This document shows positions 1 to 14,000 of a stretch of 64,000 nt of DNA, one piece after another (within the stretch, counting starts at the first letter, position 1; each line of letters opens with the position of its first letter). The DNA lies in assembly GCA_965153355.1 (NCBI GenBank), contig OZ231126.1, forward strand, positions 9,672,001 through 9,736,000, given 5' to 3'. The notes beneath the pieces are model-generated. The model saw nothing but the letters and a program-made list of their open reading frames with translations, did no database searches and was not told the origin of the DNA. The position numbers were made by a program, and so were the translations under genes. This DNA comes from Flaccisagitta enflata (Eukaryota).

Positions 1-59
1 ATGGCGGATTTTGGAAAACTAATTCTATCTACCATAAATTCAGAAAAACTATAAAAGAT

Positions 60-505
60 CGGTGACCATTTTGAAGCTCTGCGAAAGATCTTTCAAATGA
101 GACGTTGCTGGTTGTCCTAGCTTTTTTCGTTTAGAAATGGCATTGGGATGAAAACAGGTTGTCTGGAATTTGAGAATTCACTATATGATTTGCATGTTTT
201 TGTTTGTTAAAACAAAGAAACTAAAAGCATTGAGTAAGAAATTCGTTCTTGGCGCCATTTTGAAGAAAATTCAATGCTCTTTAATTTGCTCATGGATATC
301 AAGTAGCTGTGGCAATTCTGAATTGCATTATTAAGCAAAACGTTGAGACAAAAATTGCTCATCGAAAAATAGGACAATATTTGCCCTTTTTCCAATCGGT
401 GATATTTTTCTTCAAACCTATGCCATTTCTAAACGAATAAAGCTACAGATACCAGACACGACTCAAATGAAAGATCTTTCGAAGGGCTTTACAGGCATCA
501 CCAAT
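60..505. repeat. Degenerate inverted-repeat (MITE-like) element in an ANKRD13 intron
   Basis: About 60-145 (ggtgacc...cgaaagatctttc...tcgtttagaaatggca) is a diverged reverse complement of about 420-505. True ends not resolved. Confidence 0.55.
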
Positions 506-675
506 TTTAATCCATTTTTCTTACGTTATATCGCGTTATGGTTCAAAAGAAAGGTTTCAAAAATACGCCATTTTTTTGTCCCCAAGGTTACGAAACTGAA
601 TAAGCGGCAGATTGAACCGTAGAGAAACACGACCGGACAGACCAATCTAAACGACCGAGAGGCTCGCGCGCTCAC

Positions 676-3119
676 CTTGCGTATTTTTGAGCTTAACGGG
701 ACTATTATGCGCCAATAATAACTGGATACAATCCTTGCGGCCCATGGCGACGGCGATGTGAAGGGCAGTGTTTCCGTGAATATCCTGAGAGAGAAATGAA
801 GGGCGAATGTCATAGACATAGGTCGATGAGAGGTTTAGTTGGGTAGGAGGGTGGAGAATAAGGTCCTCGACATGTAATACAAACAAAATGCTCCTGGTGG
901 CAGATGCCTCATCTAAGTTCTATCAAGAGACTAACCACGGATCCAACTTGGACTTGTTGCGTCCTGAGAAGATGTGCTACTCGTCTAACGTCTCCATGGA
1001 AGACGGCATCGTGAAGGGGATAACATTCATCCAATGGAATATGGGCCGCCAACTGAGGCGAATCTCCTCCTCCACCTTCTTCATCATCATCTCCTCCTCC
1101 TCCTCCTCCTCCTCCGTCGCGTCTTCGGGAGTGACGCGGCGATCGACGAGGAGAACGATTCTTCCGATGTTGACTGCCGGAAGAGGAGACATGAGGCGAG
1201 GAGGAGGAAGAGGAGGAAGTGGAAGAGACGCCGTGATTATTGTGGTTGTTCGAAGAGGATTCGTGTTGTTGTTGTTGATGATGACGGCAGTCGGATGATG
1301 GAATTTCGAGAAATGAGGCTTCCGGCATCGTTGTTGTTGTTGTTACTTCACCTGAATGGACACACCAAAGAACACACACGTGAAAAACTGCTTACAATAC
1401 GAGCGTAAACTGGAAGAAGCATGACAGAATATGGACAACAAAAGTTCTGAAAGAAATAAGAATAGCAAGATCGAAAACAAAGCCACAGACAACGACTGGA
1501 TACACGGATGTCATGAATCATTACACACACGCGTAAAAGATCTTATCCCACTCGCCCGGATCATGATCCATGATTCATGTACACGAAATAAAGATATTAA
1601 ACCGTTAACTCACCCGGATAAGACAAAGACCTAATCCCAATTACCCGGATGTTACGAGGATTCATTTGGAAGACGATCACCTAATCCCACTTACCCGGAT
1701 GTAACGAGGATTCATTTGGAAGACAAAGACCTAATCCCACTTACCCGGATGTAACGAGGATTCATTTGGAAGACGATCATTTTGTTTGTTCGGTGATTCC
1801 CGAGGACTAGATTTGGTAACGGACGGCGCGGGACAATGCTGACTTCGGTGCTGATGATGACGATAATGATGATGCTGTTGATGTTGATGGCGACGTGGCG
1901 ACGAAGTTGACGAGGCGTTGGTGGAGGAAGCGCTAGGAGGAGGAGCGGGAGGAGATTGTCGGCGAGGAGACCGGCTCCCGGCCATCGCTGAGGAGGAGGC
2001 AGAGGAGGAGTCGTGGCGCAGAGAAGACCCGCTTCCGCCCAACGGACTCGGCAAACACGCAACAGTTCGAGTAGATGGCGGATTCCTGAACCCAAAAACG
2101 TATGTTTATCAATTTTTTAAGTACCAACTGTTTTTTTTCTTTCTCCGCGTAAACTGATGATTTTCCTAAGTTGTTACGTAAAAATGTTATTCGTTACTTA
2201 ATTTGACGTTAGTTTGAAGTATTTTTTTCATTTGATTTTCGATAGCCAAGATTTGTTTGATAAATTTAAGGGCGGTTACTACGTTACTAATTCGTGTTAT
2301 CATCGCATCGCGACCCGCTTTTTATAGCGTACAAACTACGATTGTCAAACGTTTTAATGACATTGAAAGGAAACCTAAAACTAAAATCTCGAATCGTTTC
2401 ATGTATTATTCTCGATCTAGCTAAGCAATTTATATTTGTCTTTGGTCAAAAAAGGGAGTGTGGAAGATCGAGGATTGGTCAATAAAACGAATGCGTCATA
2501 GAATCTTTTTTTCTTTCTGGAGAAAGCTAAATATAGACGGAATAAAGAAATGGGGGCGTATGTTCCGGAATCCGTATGAATTTTTGCGAGTGCGTGTCGT
2601 GTGCATTCAGGAACTTATAACATATCTGAGCAATTTTGTTCATGATAAATTTTTTGATGCTTTAACACGGTTTAAGTGCGGACCTTCTGAATTATGAAAG
2701 CTATGTCAATGCATGCGCTCACTGTCAGTGGCAAAGACACGCTGACATGTCCGTCGGTTTGGCTAGTAGTTCACCATCTACAATCATTCAAGTTTTAGCT
2801 ACCGCAGCAGTTGGTAATCCACTACCCTTGTACCTTCTATAAGTGAGTTCGCCAGCTGGCAATGAACCTCTCCTCATACAATGAGGCTCAAAAGTGCGAT
2901 GACGGTGATAAAGAGGACCGAAACTGGCATCGGGTGATTGACGTGAGTGATGAGGAGGAAAAGGATGTGATTGTTGTTGTTGATTGTGATGATGGTGATG
3001 ATAGTGGTGATAATAAGGAGGGTGTTGAGGTGAAGAGTGGCGTTGTTCCAGTATGAAAGGAGTAGAGTGGTGAAAATGATGCCCGTGAGAGAGATACAAC
3101 GAAGAATTGTTCCCACTTC

Positions 3120-3217
<98 letters not shown>

Positions 3218-3258
3218 TGAAAGTTGTGAATGTTGTTTTCATCAATGTTGCGAGTCAT
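676..3258 (-). CDS. ANKRD13C: Ankyrin repeat domain-containing protein 13 (ANKRD13C-like), 5' exons; the gene presumably continues beyond the window start
   Basis: Exons 1351-936 and 784-676 encode YPLHDAVFHGDVRRVAHLLRT...DIHGNTALHIAVAMGRKDCIQLLLAHNSPVKLKNTQG, matching the ANKRD13C N-terminal ankyrin repeats. Low-complexity exons 3258-2834 and 2085-1745 join in phase through GT-AG introns but are less certain. Confidence 0.8.
1631..1778. repeat. Three-copy 50-bp tandem repeat containing an exon end and splice donor
   Basis: ttacccggatg recurs at 1641, 1691 and 1741. Confidence 0.9.
3121..3215. repeat. (GTT)n microsatellite; poly-Asn if coding on the minus strand
   Basis: About 31 perfect GTT units. 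Confidence 0.95.
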
Positions 3259-3374
3259 GTCGTGAAGGTGGTTGTTGTTGTTTATGTTGTTGTTGTTGTT
3301 GTTGAAACAATTGTCAGCAGGAATTTAAAAGCAGATGAAAGCAAAAAACACAAAGCTGAGAGTTAAAATGTGTA

Positions 3375-3630
3375 AGTGAAAAACACAGTGAAAAGTGAAA
3401 AACGCAGTGAAAAGTGAAAAATACAATGAAAAGTGAAAACGCAGTGAAAAGTGAGAAACACAGTGAAAAGTGAAAAACACAATAAAAAGTGAAAAACACA
3501 ATGAAATGTGAAAAACGCAGTGATAAATGAAAAACGCAGTGAAAAGTGAAAAACACAGTGAAAAGTGAAAAACGCAGTAAAGGTGAAAACGCAGTGAAAG
3601 GTAAAAAAAGCAGTGAAAAGTAAAAAAACG
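3375..3630. repeat. ~20-bp minisatellite (aaaacgcagtgaaaagtgaa)
   Basis: Visible tandem units; these generate spurious Phe-rich ORFs. Confidence 0.85.
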
Positions 3631-3757
3631 CATAAAAAACAAAAACGATGACCAAACGCAAAGAATTGCGACTTTTTTTATACTCAAACGAAACATCATC
3701 AAGAGAATAAAGCAGAGAGTGGAGGGTCGTAAAAATAGACAATCATAAAACATTTAC

Positions 3758-4147
3758 ATCTTGAATTTTTGGTCCGTCTGTGGGCGACATGCATCGGACA
3801 GATAGACTCGAAAAACTGCACACTGACCTGCCGCCTGCGGCAAAATTAGGGGATTGATCTCTGGAAGAAGGATGTCGACTAGAAGCTGGCAACTGTCTGG
3901 ATGCTGGCAGCGGCGAAGAGGAGAAAGCCGAAGACGGATTCTTTCGGGCGGAAGTCGACGCCGACCTGGAAGGCGATGATGCGTCGACGCCCGACTCCGG
4001 AAGCGGAAGTGGCGACGGCCGACGACCGGAAGTCACAGACGCCGAACATTCCTCTTCATCTTCCTCTTCTTCCTCGCCGTCGCCGCTGCCGGGAGTGGTC
4101 GCGGACTTGGATACACCCCTCAACGGAGGCGGATGCACGTCCACCAT
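3758..4147 (-). CDS. Possible Ser/Pro-rich upstream exon of the ANKRD13 gene
   Basis: GC-rich ORF ending at a GTAAAT donor (3757). I could not find an in-frame acceptor joining it to the next exon. Confidence 0.3.
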
Positions 4148-5042
4148 GGCTTTGTCTTTTTATGCACGTATTGTTGTAATTGTTTCTATGCTGACTCTGA
4201 ATACTTGTTCACTTGAGATTCTCCAGTTCAGTCTTTTCCGTCGTCAAACATCAACCAATGTGAAAAGGGACATTTCGCCGTTGTCGTCGTTGATACCGGC
4301 TTTGACTCTTTCGATACCACGTTAAAACTCATTGTTTTTTGTTTTTATTTTGTTTTTGTTTTCAGCGGAAATTTCGCGGTTAGCTGTATACTTGAAGTCC
4401 CTGACGCAGCAGTCTTAAACCGCAGGGGGATTTTACAGAAGCTCTTTTAAAGTTCTTGTTTTTCTTTTCTTTGCGGCACTGATTTGGTTAGAAAATAGAA
4501 TTTGATTCACAATTGTAACATTGCATGAAAATGCAATCGAGAAAAAAAGTTCATCATTGGAATGTATCCTTGGTATACGCAGTTGGTAATAACTGCTACT
4601 ACCAAAGTAGAAATCCCATGATCAAGTGATTACGTGGCATTGGCAGTTACCAGAAAATTTAGTAGACCTTGCCCGTGCCCCCCCCCCCCCCTCCTTGACT
4701 TTCCGATAGACACTCATAGGGAATTGTGATGATCATCAAGATCGTTATGATAACATAATTATACGATTCAACGTGTTTAAAAGCCTCATCAAATTCAACA
4801 TGTGTAAAAGAATGTAAGCGGCGATGACCATGCGCATGAAAATATCAAGTACGAATTTTGTAAATGTGGATGAAATATTGTGGACGGAATTGAAAAAATT
4901 CTGTTTGATCAGCGATGTTCAACCCTGAGTAAGATGATCACGTAACAATGACGCATTTTTACTCGCTAATGCTTACGTCTCTGACTCTCCATGACCGTGT
5001 CCGGCTTCCTTTGCCTACTCGCGTATAGAATCATTACAACGA

Positions 5043-8000
5043 TCAGATGAGCAGTTTGTATCTGGCGGCGAACATGAGCCACGTGGCGACGACGTTTTCC
5101 GGGTAGAGCGTGACGTGAGCGCGAACCGCCAAAGCCACGTTCTGACCGCGACAGGAAATGACGTCATCAAAGTCGGCAGAACGCAAACATGTTGATAGAA
5201 TACGACGGGAATCACGATGCAATACTAGAAGAGGGTAACCTGACAAGCCACAAGGACAAACAATGTATTGAAACGGATATTGCGAGTGGGGAAAAACTCA
5301 TGATTGGTTGGTCATTTTTTCAAGTCATTAACCGATTACTGTAAAATTGATAGACAAAATAAGAGAATTTAGCGGTAGTGGCTCACTCGCGGGAATGATT
5401 CGCCATACGTAACGAAACCAACCTTTGAAAGTGTGTCCTTCGGGGATATAATGTCTGATGGCGTGTTGGAAGTCTTGATTGAGGTTGGTCGTATTGCCGG
5501 TTCCTAGAATACGGTCCAGTTCGTAGGCGGTCAAAGCTGGATGTACAACGTGACCCAACTCCTCATCCCAACTCGTTAGCAATCCCAAGTTACGACGATG
5601 CTCTGTTGAAACAATGAGATCGAGGATTATCGAGGATGTATATGTACAACAAAGAGACCGAGTCAGGCCGACAAGACACACTCGACTGATTCGCGAAGTA
5701 AAATCCTGGGCTCAAATCCATCCTTAAATGGATATCCCTTGATTTAAAGCTTACATATAAGAATTAGTCATAGCGACAAGCAATCTAAAAGTTAAAATCG
5801 ATAGATTTCCAACTAAAGGATTTTCATCAAAAAGAAATACTACTTCGCGATTTACAATTAAACAAAGTAAGTGTGAAGAAACAGAGCGAGAAATAAACAG
5901 CTCTGTGGAAACACTGGGAATAGATAATGGATCGCCAATGTGGTAAAAAAAGAGAGACAGCGAGCCAGGCAGACAGTAAACCGAGAAAAGTCATACAGAC
6001 ATCTAGAGACAGACAGACAGGCAGACCCAAAAAACGACTGTGCAGTGCGAGACAAAGTGACTAACAAATGGAGATACAGATAGAGATAGAGAAACAGACA
6101 CGAAAAGACGGAAAAACAGATAGAGACAAGCGTACAGGGTGAGACGAAGACAAACAGATAGAGCTAGTGAGAGACTACCTGAGATGAGTAATTTGAGCTT
6201 CAATTCAAGGTCGTTTGCGATGATGGCCGAGTCTAACGAAGCCGGCATCAAAGGCGGAAGTCGAGCTGCCAATTCCCAAGCAGACTTGACAGCGCCACTT
6301 CCGGTGGAACATGGACAAACGGAACCAATCACTTCAGAGGACAGACTCTTCCAACGGGATTCGTCCTAAATGAAATATAAAGAAGAGGTGCGGAATGTGA
6401 AGAAGTTCTGAATGAAAGAAGATGAAGGGAGTAAGTTGGAAAAAGAGAGGAGCAAGAAAAGGAAGATGAAGGAGAAGAAGAGGAAGAGGAGGAATGAGAA
6501 GAAGAGGAAGATGTCCAAAATAGGAGAAGAATGTGAAGAAAAACAAAAAGAGAAGAAGAAGAAGAAAAAGTAGAGGAATAGGAAGAAGAAAAAGAAGAGG
6601 AAGAAGAAAAAGAAGAAAAAGAAGAAAAAAAAGAAAAAGAAGAAAAAAAAGAAAAAGAAGAGGAAGAAGTAGAGCGAGATGTCCATATGTGGTCAGCGAT
6701 ACCCGTTGCCCTGCTTTGCATGGTTGTAAATCGGATGCAGGGCAGCGGCCCCGAAGGGGACGAAGTCCTGTAGAACACAGGGGACTTTCGCTCATTTCTC
6801 CATCCATCCCAGCCCCTCTCAGGCCTGAAATCTGAGTGAAATGGTGTAGCCATCATAATAGGAGGATGTAAAACAAATATTCACAGCTGAATCTGCCCTC
6901 TTAGGCCTTGAATCTGAGAGGGCAGGTTTCAGGCCTGAGAGGGCAGATTCAAGGCCGGAGAGGACATGTTTCAGGCCTGAAAGGGCAAATTCAGGCCTGA
7001 AAGGGCAAATTCAGGTCTGAAAGGACAAATTCAGGCCTGAGAGGGCAGATTTCAGGCCTGAGAGGGCAGATTTCAGGCCTGAGAAGGCAGATTTTAGGCC
7101 TGAGAGGGCAGACTTCAGGCCTGAGAGGGCAGACTTCAGGCCTGAGAGGGCAGACTTCAGGCCTGAGAGGGCCTGGGGAGGACGGACAAACGGAGAAACA
7201 AACGAAAGTCCCTTGTGTTCTACAGGACTTTGTCCCCTTCAGGGACGCTGCCAAAAAAGAGGAGAAAAGGAATGGCAGCCCAAAGGCAGTAAGTGGTCAG
7301 TGGTACCCGTGCCTTGCTTGAGGAGTGTGTGATTTAAGTTGAGGGGGAGCAGGGCAGCGGCCCCGAAGGGGACGAAGTCCTGTAAAACACAGGGGAAATC
7401 TGTCCATCCGTCCGTCCGTCCGTCCATTTGTCCCCCCCAGCCCCATCCTCAGGGCTTCTTCTCCTTTGGGGCCTATTCTGACCCGAATTCTGCCAAATAG
7501 CCCAAATCCAAGCAATATGGCCCAAATCTAAGCAAAATGGCCCAAATCCAAGCATAATGGCCCAAATCCAAGCAAAGTGGCCCAAATCTGGTCATAATTT
7601 AAGTACCAGAGGCCACAATATAGGTCAAATAAGGGTTCAAAATGGTGGACCTCAGGCTAGGATTTGGTATTTCTTGCCAGATTTAGGCCATTTTGCTTGG
7701 ATTTGGGCGATTATGCTTGGATTAGCGCCATTTTGCTAAGATTTGGGCCATATTGCTTTGATTTGGGCTATTTGGCAGAATTTGGGTCAGAATAGGCCCC
7801 AAAGGAGACGAAGCCCTGAGGATGGGGCGGGGGGGGATGGACGTACGTACGGACGGACAGATTCCCCTGTGTTCTACAGGACTTTGTCCCCTTCGGGGCC
7901 GCTGCCCAAAAAGAAGAGGAGTAGGAAAAAAAGAGGAATAGAAAAAAGATGAGGAATAGGAAAAGGCATAAAAAGAGGAATAGGAGAAACGGGCATAAAT

Positions 8001-11000
8001 AGAGGAATAGGAGAAACAAGAGGCATAGGAAAAAGAAAGAGGAAAAGGAAAAAGAGGAGGAAAAGGAACAAGTCATCCAAGGATTGCACATGGTCAGCGG
8101 TACCCGATGCCCTGCTTGGAGTGATAGCTGAAGAAGTGGTGTGAGAGCAGGGCAGCGGCCCCAAAGGGCCGATGTCCTGTAGGACACAGTGGTGAACCAT
8201 TACATACGTCTGTCCTGACAAGGCTGATTAAGGGCCTTGAATAGCTAATTTTAGGCCTCAAACAACTGATTTTTGGCCTGAGTGGGCTGATTTTGGGCTT
8301 GAGAGGGCTAATTTGGGGCCTGAGAGGGGCCGGGGGGGGAGCTAATTTTGGGCCTCAGAGGACTGATTTTTGGCCTGAGTGGGCTGATTTTGGGCTTGAG
8401 AGGGCTAATTTGGGGCCTGAGAGGGGCCTAAAAAGAGGAATAGGAGAAACGGGCATAAATAGAGGAATAGGAGAAACAAGAGGCATAGGAAAAAGGAAAA
8501 GGAAAAAGAGGAGGAAAAGGAAAAAGCAGAGGAAAAAAGAAATGAAGAGGAAAAAGAAGAGAAAAAGAAAAAAAGAGGAGGAAAAGCAAATGGCAAAAAG
8601 AAGACGATAATGGGTGTTTATCCGCTCACCAAAAAATCAAAGACGCAAATTTGGACATCGTCGACCGGCTGAATATTGGCGTAGAAGCTCTTGTGGTTGA
8701 AAACGCATCCGACTTTGGCGTATCGATGCTGTTGCTGCTGTTGCTGCTTCTCAATGGCGGCCAAATCACCCAACCTCGTCGGTGAATGAGGAAATGTTTG
8801 TCCGGTGAGACTTTCCCAAAAGGTCACTTCTTCGGCGGAGGAGGAGTTCGAGGATGGTCCACCGCCTCGAGTTAATACCCAAGCGTGAGGCCGACTCTGT
8901 CCCTGAACGTTAACAACATTGTCATTGATGGTGTTAAGTCGGACGCTCAACTTAAAGTCGGCCATCATACGAATTTCGAACTCAGGCCGTGTAAATCGTC
9001 AATTTAAGAAAGTACTCCCTTTTCCTCAAAATGAGCCCATGTAAATGTTGCCAAAATTAGCGACTTGTTAGTCAGAAATTCAACTCCATGTCGATTGGAC
9101 ATTTGCGTACCTGTCTTGTGCCTAAGACGACGTAAGCATCTAGACCAAAGCCGAGAAGAAGAGAGCAGAGTAAATAAGCGTGAGGCTCTACGTCACCGCG
9201 ACGACGACTGATAAAGGCCATGCTACTGTACCACTGGAAATAAGCAAAGGGGGGGGGGAAGCAGAGTAAATGAGCGCGAGCCTCTAAATCACCGCAACGA
9301 CGACTGATGAAGGCCATGCTACTGTACCACTGGAAAGGAGCAAAGAGAGAAACAGAATATGAAAATGGGGGAAGGGGGAGGGTATATCATCAACGGTGGC
9401 AGAGTAAAGAAAAGGGGGCGGCAAGAGTGTAAAGAAAGTGCAGTTGGCCAAACAGACAAGTTTGTTTGTATATTTTTCTTTTACAAAAGAACGAACAGGG
9501 AAGCTTTTTTAACTCCCTATCCCCGATTTCATCATGCAGTCTAAAATCTACAGACCTAGGATCCACGTACTTGCTCGACGAATGATCCTCCAAAGGGTTG
9601 AATCTTCTCGAAAGGAATGAGGCTGACAAATCTGGCAGCGTGACGTGGAGAGGCCAACAGACGCCCGCATCTCCAAGGACGCACGTACGAACAAACAGGA
9701 CGGTTCATCCCAGTCTCGTCTTGGGCGAATATCTGTTAGGGGTTGACAGGGGACGTTAGGAGTTTGTCTTGACTGCTGATGTTTGTGTTGTTTTTTTCTC
9801 GGTTGTTATTTGTAATTGTCCTGATTTATTTTGTTTCTTTTTCTTTTGGTTTTTCTTTTTTTTCTTTTGGTTTTTTCTTTTTTTCTTTTTCTTTTGGTTT
9901 TTCTTTTTTCTTTTGGTTTTTTTTCTTTTATCTTTTTTTTCATTTGGTTTTTTTCTTTTTTCCTTTAGTTTTCTTTTTTTCTTTTGGTTTTTCTTTCGTA
10001 ACTTTTGGTTTCTTTTGGTTTCTTTTTTTTTTCTTTTGGTTTTTCTTAATTTTGTTGTTGTTGTTTTAGTTACATGTTCTCTCGATATCTAATGTTTATG
10101 TTGTTGATGTTGGCAGTAATTTTAATGGTGGATAGGTCAAGTCAAAATAAAACTCTGAAAACAGAAAAACACTCCCAGTCCATCCGCCACGTTTAACTAT
10201 CTACCATCAAAGCCACCCACCTTGACAATTCTCTCGCTGTGATCGGGACGCAGACTAAGGAACTCCCTCCACCATTGCTTGGCGTAATTCAGGAACAGTC
10301 TCTCCTTTTCCGTTGACCTCGACTTTTCCGACGCCAATTGCGCCATGACTACTTCCTCCTTTAGCGCCGACGGTGATTCGCCATTTCCGACGTTATTTCC
10401 GGCTCCGCATTCGTCGTAGGTGAGAATGGGAATGAGTTCTAGTCTGATGTCAAGTGCGCCGACGGGGACTTTGGACTCGGAACCGACTCCGAGTAATTCC
10501 ACCAAAAGTTTCTTCGACCGAGGAGAAGATGATAAAACGGACCGCCAATCTAGACGATGCGAGGAGACCTGACAGAAGAGACAAGAAGAAATTTGTACAA
10601 GATTAAGTGAAAGCACTTTGCGCAAGAACTAGTCGGGAAAAATTTTACCACTAGAGAAATTAGAAACAAAAAAGCTTAAAAACAACAGTCCTCGACTGTA
10701 GTCTGTTCGGTGTCCGACCCGGCTAAGTCTGACCCGGCTACTCAGTCTGACCCGGCTACTCAGTCTGACCCGGCTACTCAGTCTGACCCGGCTACTCAGT
10801 CTGACCCGGCTACTCAGTCTGACCCGGCTACTCAGTCTGACCCGGCTACCAAGCCCGGGCGATTTTGCATTTTCTTTAACAATACAATACTATACAATTT
10901 TCCAAAGTATTGGAATTATTACTATTCCTTAAGTATTACCAATACAATTTAATAATAATAACAATATTGAATTTAATTTTCTTTTTATCTCTAAAAATAT

Positions 11001-14000
11001 TTTAATATATTTTTATTGCTTGATCTCTTTGCTGTTTGTCCAAATCAAGTGTTGTGTGTTTTTCTTTTTATCTGATCTTTCTCTTTTTCTCTCTTATCTA
11101 TCTCTTTTTTTCTATATCTTTTTATCTTTCTTTGTGTTTGTCTTTGTCTGTGTGTGTGTGTCTGTGTGTCTCTCTTCTAGTGTACTGACCCAGGATTAGA
11201 TCTGAGGGAAAATTGATCTTTCCTCCTCCTTATCCTCTTCATCTTCCAGACTTCATCCTCTTCTTTTTCACTTTTTTTTCTGCACTTCCTAAAGAATCGA
11301 TCTCTCCTCATCCTCCACATCCACTTTACCTTATCCTCTTCTTCTTCCCTATTTCTATTTTTCACCTGTCTGTTTGACCTTCCTAAGAATTTAACTATTT
11401 TCTCAAAAAAAATTATTGTATTGTATTGTATTGGGAAAAAAACAATAACCATAATAAGTATTGGGTAAACCCAATACTTACAAGTATTGTAAATACAATA
11501 CAATACCCAATACAAATCGCCCGGCCTTGCCGGCTACTCAGTCTGACCCGGCTACTCAGTCTGACCCGGCTACTGATTGCGTACCTTAAAGTCCAAAAAA
11601 AAATTTTTTTTTCAAAAACAAAAAAAAGTTTTTTCAAAAAGAAAAAAAAAATTTGGGAAAAAAAAAATTTTTTTTCAAAAAAAAAAAAAATTTTTAAAAA
11701 AAAAAAAATTTTTTTTTTCGAAAAAAAAAAATTCTTAAGTCTAAGAAATAATGTTACTAGATACATCATAAATACCCTTATATTTTCTTAACCAATACTC
11801 AGACTTTACTGAAATCTTGCAGGGGAGCTTTAATTGATGCAATGAACCTTCACAACAAGTTTGAACAACATTGGTGAACCTTTACTACCATTCCCCTATA
11901 TAAATTGCACAACTCTAGGAATTAATATTACTAGCAAAATACCCTAATATCTTCTAAACCAATACTCAGTATTATCTGAAATCTTGCAGGGGAGCTTTAA
12001 TTGATGCAATAAACCCTCACAACCGGTTTGAACAACATTGGTGAACCTTTACTACCCTTCCCCTATGTAAATTGCACAAGTCCAGGAATTAATATTACTA
12101 CAAAAATAATAAGCAAAGGGTATTAAATATTTATGAATGTTGTTGAAAGTTGGTACACAGGTTAGTAATGCCCTAAAAATAACACTGACCAAGTTTCATC
12201 AACATCTGAGTACTGGTTCCCAAGTTTTTAAGGGTTGACACAAACAAACAACAAACGACGACTCACTACATGATCAGTGCTATGTTATAGTGTAAGAGAG
12301 GGATTTCTGATGGACATTGACAATCGATATTAAGTCTCAAAGATATATGCGTGTGGTGTATACTTTCATTATTGATGATGTTATCATTCATTCTATTAAA
12401 CATTGAGTGTTATTAATTGATTACCGATTGAATATCAATTGTTATTGATTACCCATCTGTCTCTCTTTCCATTCAGACAGATTCGGGGTCTCTGAAGGAG
12501 TGATATTCAATCGGGCCGCCTCTTATACATACTACATCATATTCCATTTGACAGTCAGATAGCAATGAGTCCATTATCATCTATCATCAATCGCGAATAT
12601 TATCAATTTGTAAAGACTCCTTGAATACGATAAACATCGTGTATAGACTTCATGGAAACAATCGTTCACTGGAACAATCTCTGAACCTGATGCATTTGGA
12701 CAATTATCCATTACACCTCATCTATGTGAGTAGGAGAGCATCGCAATAAGCACGGGGTGATATGCCGGCTTATAAGTGGTGCATCGCTAGCTAGAACCAG
12801 TATCCATATCACATTCTTTCAATTCACCCCTCGTGTGAGATTGGGTGGTAAGTAAGTGGACGGCAAGAGTTATTCGTGTTCCTAAGTTGCTGCGGACAAT
12901 CGTACGCTTCAGCAGGGGCAGGGATCCGCCCTAGCCATTAGCAGCCAACATCTTATCATTTTTTTACACTCATTTCGTTGCATCAACCTTTCCCGCTAAG
13001 TGCGTCCTGGGAAGTATCTAAGAGCTCTAGCCTTACCCGATGTGGCAAGGACGTCCGACCTTAACGCATCGATACCTGCGAAGTGCGGAGGCCGTCTTTC
13101 TGTCTTCTTTTATTTCTTCTTGCATTTGAATTCATCGCGTCGTACGTTGTCGTCCTGCGCGTAAGTGTCGGTCAACAGGAAGGCCAACATTCAGTGGAAC
13201 GATAATCAAAACGCGGGTAATTTGAAACTCTTTTGGGTCACGCCGAGGGGTGTTCCAGAGACCTCGACACCACCCAGATCCAAAAATAAACGTCGCCGTC
13301 AGAGAATTAGCTTCATTTTTATTGCAAAAATTGACATTGCCTTTTAGCGGATCCTAATTTTATTGTGAAATTGACATTTGCGAAATTGACTCTTGCGATA
13401 TTGACATTTGCGAAATTGACATTTGCGTTACATTTTACTATGAAAACATTTTAACCTTTGAGAAGTGATGAATTTTAGACGTCGTTATTCTAGTGATAGC
13501 AGTTCCAGCAGCGAGGAGCAGGATACTGTGCGAGGTTGACGGTATGTTTTCCCCCTCATGTGCTCAAAACCTATGTACCCGATCGTTTTTGATTATTTTT
13601 ATAATATTACTACCTAGAACAAAAGAGATTTGGCATCTTTGATCCATTTTAGGGACCGCGAGTTCCATTTATTTATCACCACTCAAAGGTGGTTGTGATG
13701 AAAATGTTGAAATTTGGTCACTTTGGGCTCAAAATTGGGCCACTTTATTTTTGAAATTTGACCCAAAATCCATGAGATTATGAAACTAGAGCTCAAGAGC
13801 TAACCAGTGGTGCAATCCGCATGTTGCTATCATTTTTTGTTAAGATTTGAGAACATTTCAAAGATGGAAGGGTATGAGGGTTATTTTACCAGATGAATTT
13901 GGTGGTCAATTTTGACCTTTTTTACAATTTTTGATATATCTCCCCTTTGGCTTGACAAATTTAGATGAAATTGGTGACCAAATTAAAGAGTTTTTGATGC

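Noticed and set aside
3314-10092. Phe-rich or Lys/Arg-rich ORFs at 3314-3753, 6329-6856, 7768-8610 and 9769-10092
   Set aside because: Products of simple repeats in introns or intergenic DNA.
13325-13430. 15-bp aaattgacatttgcg repeats in the Gypsy leader as a regulatory array
   Set aside because: The repeats are real but short, and nothing in the sequence supports a function.
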